From: Candidatus Uhrbacteria bacterium
GTDB taxonomy: Bacteria > Patescibacteriota > Patescibacteriia > UBA9934
NCBI GenBank assembly: GCA_018664485.1
Contig: JABJOE010000007.1
Coordinates: forward strand, 132,353-196,352
DNA: 64,000 bases
Direction of reading: 5' to 3'
Under the pieces are notes generated by a model that searched no databases, was not told the origin of the DNA, and worked only from the letters and a program-made list of their open reading frames with translations. The translations under genes and the position numbers were made by a program. The stretch's first letter is position 1. The number at the start of each line of letters is the position of its first letter. Positions 62,047 to 64,000 of this stretch are shown piece by piece.

Positions 62047-62340
62047 TTCTAGGAGATTACAAAGGGACTGGTGTCCTCCGCATCATCGAAAAGCGTGTTC
62101 TCTCGATAATGAAGTTCAGGCCCGAAGATTTACGTCCATTTAATCTGTCGGGACCCGCTCTGCGTGACACCGCAGTCACGTTGGAGGACATCTCCACCCA
62201 TTCGTTTACGTGGGTGCGTCTGATGACATGCGCGACCGTAGCTGAGCTCACGCCCAGATGCGAACGCAAGTCTCGACGTACCCACGACAATCACAAGCAC
62301 TAAACCCGCCGATGTCTCGCATCAGCGGGTTTATCTTTCT
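62047..62340 (+). ncRNA. Candidate GC-rich structured ncRNA of about 290 nt, with its own promoter-like element and intrinsic terminator; class unknown.
   Basis: TCGACA (62011-62016), an 18-nt spacer, TAGATT (62035-62040). Multiple nested helices (GGAG[GGAC-TGGT-GTCC]CTCC; CGTGAC-ACCGCA-GTCACG; TGGAG-GACAT-CTCCA; CGTGGGT...ACCCACG). Terminal AAACCCGC (62303-62310) / GCGGGTTT (62325-62332), followed by ATCTTTCT. The overlapping ORFs (62057..62290 minus, 62109..62303 plus) are Arg/Cys-rich and implausible. Confidence 0.4.
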
Positions 62341-62357
62341 AAAACTCATCCTACCTT

Positions 62358-62975
62358 TTACTTATAAATACCGAGCACAGCAAGCCATGTAAGTCCTGAC
62401 TCACGAACAAATCTCTGCGTCCGTACAGAAACCTTGGTGCCCCACGAATACTGACTACGATCGATACTTCCACTTAACTCTGCCGGGAAGCCGTATCCAT
62501 CTATACCCAGCTTGTTGCACTGATAGATTGCTCTAGGAAGATGAAAATCTTGCGATACAAAAACTACTGACAGATCGATCAAATATTCATGACTATCGGT
62601 ATCGCATGAATCGGTCGTCACGACAGCCGTAGTGTCTAAGATAATAGAATCCTCTGGCACATTTCTTTCTGTTAAATATTCCATCATAACTAGAGCAGCA
62701 CTTTCAGTATTTGATACAACTAGCCTTTCAACCATCCCATTTTCATAAAGTAAAATACCCGCCTCCAAGCGTTCTTTTAAAAGGGGTGTCGGCAATCCAT
62801 CAGAATCTACATGCGCCCCTAGGATTAGGGCAATGTCAAAATTACCTTCTGACACAATCCTCTTGGAAGAAATGCCGCCGACAACCATTCTGGGCGCGAA
62901 AAAAAGCACACAAAGCAAAAGAATAGCGGCAAAAAATCGTTTTAACTTATTCAAAAACACTAATAATAACACCAT
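62358..62975 (-). CDS. DUF218 / YdcF-SanA (ElyC) family protein.
   Basis: N-terminal TM, then ILGAHVDSDGLPTPLLKERLEAGILLYENGMVERLVVSN, which matches the DUF218 core. Confidence 0.65.
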   Translation of the reverse strand: MVLLLVFLNKLKRFFAAILLLCVLFFAPRMVVGGISSKRIVSEGNFDIALILGAHVDSDGLPTPLLKERLEAGILLYENGMVERLVVSNTESAALVMMEYLTERNVPEDSIILDTTAVVTTDSCDTDSHEYLIDLSVVFVSQDFHLPRAIYQCNKLGIDGYGFPAELSGSIDRSQYSWGTKVSVRTQRFVRESGLTWLAVLGIYK

Positions 62976-63669
62976 AATCTAAACCTTCATCAAATCTATT
63001 TATTTCCGGTGCATACGTTTGCGATATGTACCCATCAAGATAAAGCGCATCTACACACCCCGTATCTAGCAAGAATGAAGAAAAGTCATAAAAAGAGATC
63101 TCTTCATTTGAGATAGCAAACTTCAATATTTCGCCATCTAAACAAACGCCACTTCTAATAAAGACATTGTCCGAACTTTCATTGAAGGCTTGATTTATCT
63201 GACCGTCAATTATCAACATTGGCCCAGATTGTGTTGCAAAAATTGGATCAATCTCCGCTAACAAAAATTCATCAGTTGTCAGAATAGAATATCTATCACT
63301 AAAAATACTGAAAACGCCGTTTGGTTCAATGAAAAAATTTCCCTCCCCTTCACTTACGTTTAGTTCCGAAAAGGTTAAACCATTTTCAACATACAGCCCA
63401 ACCGGATCCTTAGAAACATGAAACATCCCACCATTCGTAGCAAAGACCATCCCTGCATCAGGTCTAGAAGATGCTAGGTTTGAAAAATTATTATAGAGAT
63501 CTCCGGTAGAATCCTTCCAAGACATCGTCACCTCTGTTAACTCTTCAATCACATACAGGTCGACTAGTTGAACTGCATCTTCTTCCGTTTGATTCAAGTT
63601 ACGCCCTCCTATAAAAATATAAGCCAAGATAGCGAGTGATAACACTGCAAGTTTTAGCCAAGGAAACAT
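62947..63669 (-). CDS. Phosphodiester-glycosidase-like (DUF2233 / NAGPA-domain) protein.
   Basis: Signal/TM N-terminus. Conserved ...ATNGGMF... and ...CVDALYLDGYIS... blocks resembling DUF2233. Confidence 0.55.
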   Translation of the reverse strand: MFPWLKLAVLSLAILAYIFIGGRNLNQTEEDAVQLVDLYVIEELTEVTMSWKDSTGDLYNNFSNLASSRPDAGMVFATNGGMFHVSKDPVGLYVENGLTFSELNVSEGEGNFFIEPNGVFSIFSDRYSILTTDEFLLAEIDPIFATQSGPMLIIDGQINQAFNESSDNVFIRSGVCLDGEILKFAISNEEISFYDFSSFLLDTGCVDALYLDGYISQTYAPEINRFDEGLDYGVIISVFE

Positions 63670-63825
63670 AACTTAACTATATCAAATCCGGTTGTAAAAA
63701 CGAACGTATTAGTTCGGATGAGGTATCTACGACATCCGGCATCGAAGTAAGGAGTATATACAATATGTTGTCGGAGATAAGTAAATTTACTAAATTGTGT
63801 TAGATGTAGCGGCGTGACGAGGAGC

Positions 63826-63851
63826 AGAGTAAAACGTACTTACGGTACGTT
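63826..63851 (-). terminator. Terminator of the rRNA operon (after 5S).
   Basis: Palindrome AACGTAC (63833-63839) TTACG GTACGTT (63845-63851), followed on the minus strand by UUUUAC. It lies about 70 nt past the 5S 3' end. Confidence 0.45.
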
Positions 63852-63921
63852 GTCGAGCACCACAGTCACAACGCTACAGATGACGTGATTTAAAAATTTT
63901 GTATCAAAAAATCTTCATGAT

Positions 63922-64000
63922 TCTGGCGCCCACCTACTCTCGCGCGTCTGCACTACCATCGGCCCTAAAAGCTTAACTTCCGTGTTCGGGAAGGGAACGG
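63922..64000 (-). rRNA. rrf: 5S rRNA, partial: the 3' ~78 nt. The 5' part and the rest of the rRNA operon lie beyond the window edge.
   Basis: The reverse complement, CCGAACACGGAAGTTAAGCTTTTAGGGCCGATGGTAGTGCAGACGCGCGAGAGTAGGTGGGCGCCAG, aligns with the bacterial 5S consensus (CCGAAC...GAAGTGAAAC...GCCGATGGTAGTG...GCGAGAGTAGG...GCCAGG). Confidence 0.8.

Noticed and set aside
62057-62303. Two overlapping small ORFs (77 aa minus, 64 aa plus) in the 62-kb GC island.
   Set aside because: Both are Arg/Cys/Thr-rich without RBS. The region is better explained as a structured RNA with its own promoter-like element and terminator.

Overview
This 64-kb window is a chromosomal segment from a low-GC bacterium (backbone roughly 43-46% GC by eye) with a streamlined gene set. 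The gene content suggests a Patescibacteria/CPR-like organism, but that is inference from content only: eukaryote/archaeal-type IleRS, split transketolase, fused RpiB-Rpe, FemAB-family gene, DUF4012-like protein, two TrmB-type regulators, several leaderless genes.

The housekeeping backbone, in order:
- rplS, uvrA, secG, an OppA-like substrate-binding protein, RNase J, trpS and RNase P RNA (rnpB).
- A cell-envelope glycan locus: initiating sugar transferase, three GT4 glycosyltransferases, a DUF4012-like protein and large surface proteins.
- FemAB-like, ruvA, ileS, an RpiB-Rpe fusion and a split transketolase.
- A pseudouridine synthase, a PfkB-kinase/class-II-aldolase/2-hydroxyacid-dehydrogenase sugar cluster and tRNA-Ala(UGC).
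- A secreted FG-GAP/L,D-transpeptidase protein, an SSF transporter, a PHP/EndoQ-like protein, a sugar nucleotidyltransferase and DUF218/DUF2233 proteins.
- The 3' end of an rRNA operon on the minus strand (5S rRNA cut by the window edge, with its terminator).

This backbone is interrupted by compositionally distinct, visibly GC-richer inserts that encode ORFans: 1.7-2.3 kb, 13.9-14.8 kb, 17.2-20.0 kb, 22.5-22.9 kb and 29.1-30.0 kb. The last of these carries three tiny peptide genes, each with its own hairpin terminator.

The most striking feature is a cassette-like array at 43.3-46.0 kb. Four unrelated small ORFs are transcribed in one direction, each preceded by a conserved, highly structured repeat of ~125-210 nt. 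The repeat has alternative SD-sequestering hairpins (GGATAG / CTATCC / GGATAG). One TTGACA-N17-TACTAT promoter starts the array and one intrinsic terminator ends it. There is no integrase and no canonical attC core. The array may be a novel cis-regulatory RNA family or a non-canonical cassette system.

Other notable items:
- A perfect 123-bp tandem duplication inside a histone-like basic-repeat gene.
- Candidate novel ncRNAs at 43.38-43.50 kb and 62.05-62.34 kb.
- A recurrent TTGACA-N17-TAGAGT promoter type, with at least four leaderless or near-leaderless genes.
- A split transketolase with a membrane-protein gene inserted between its two halves.
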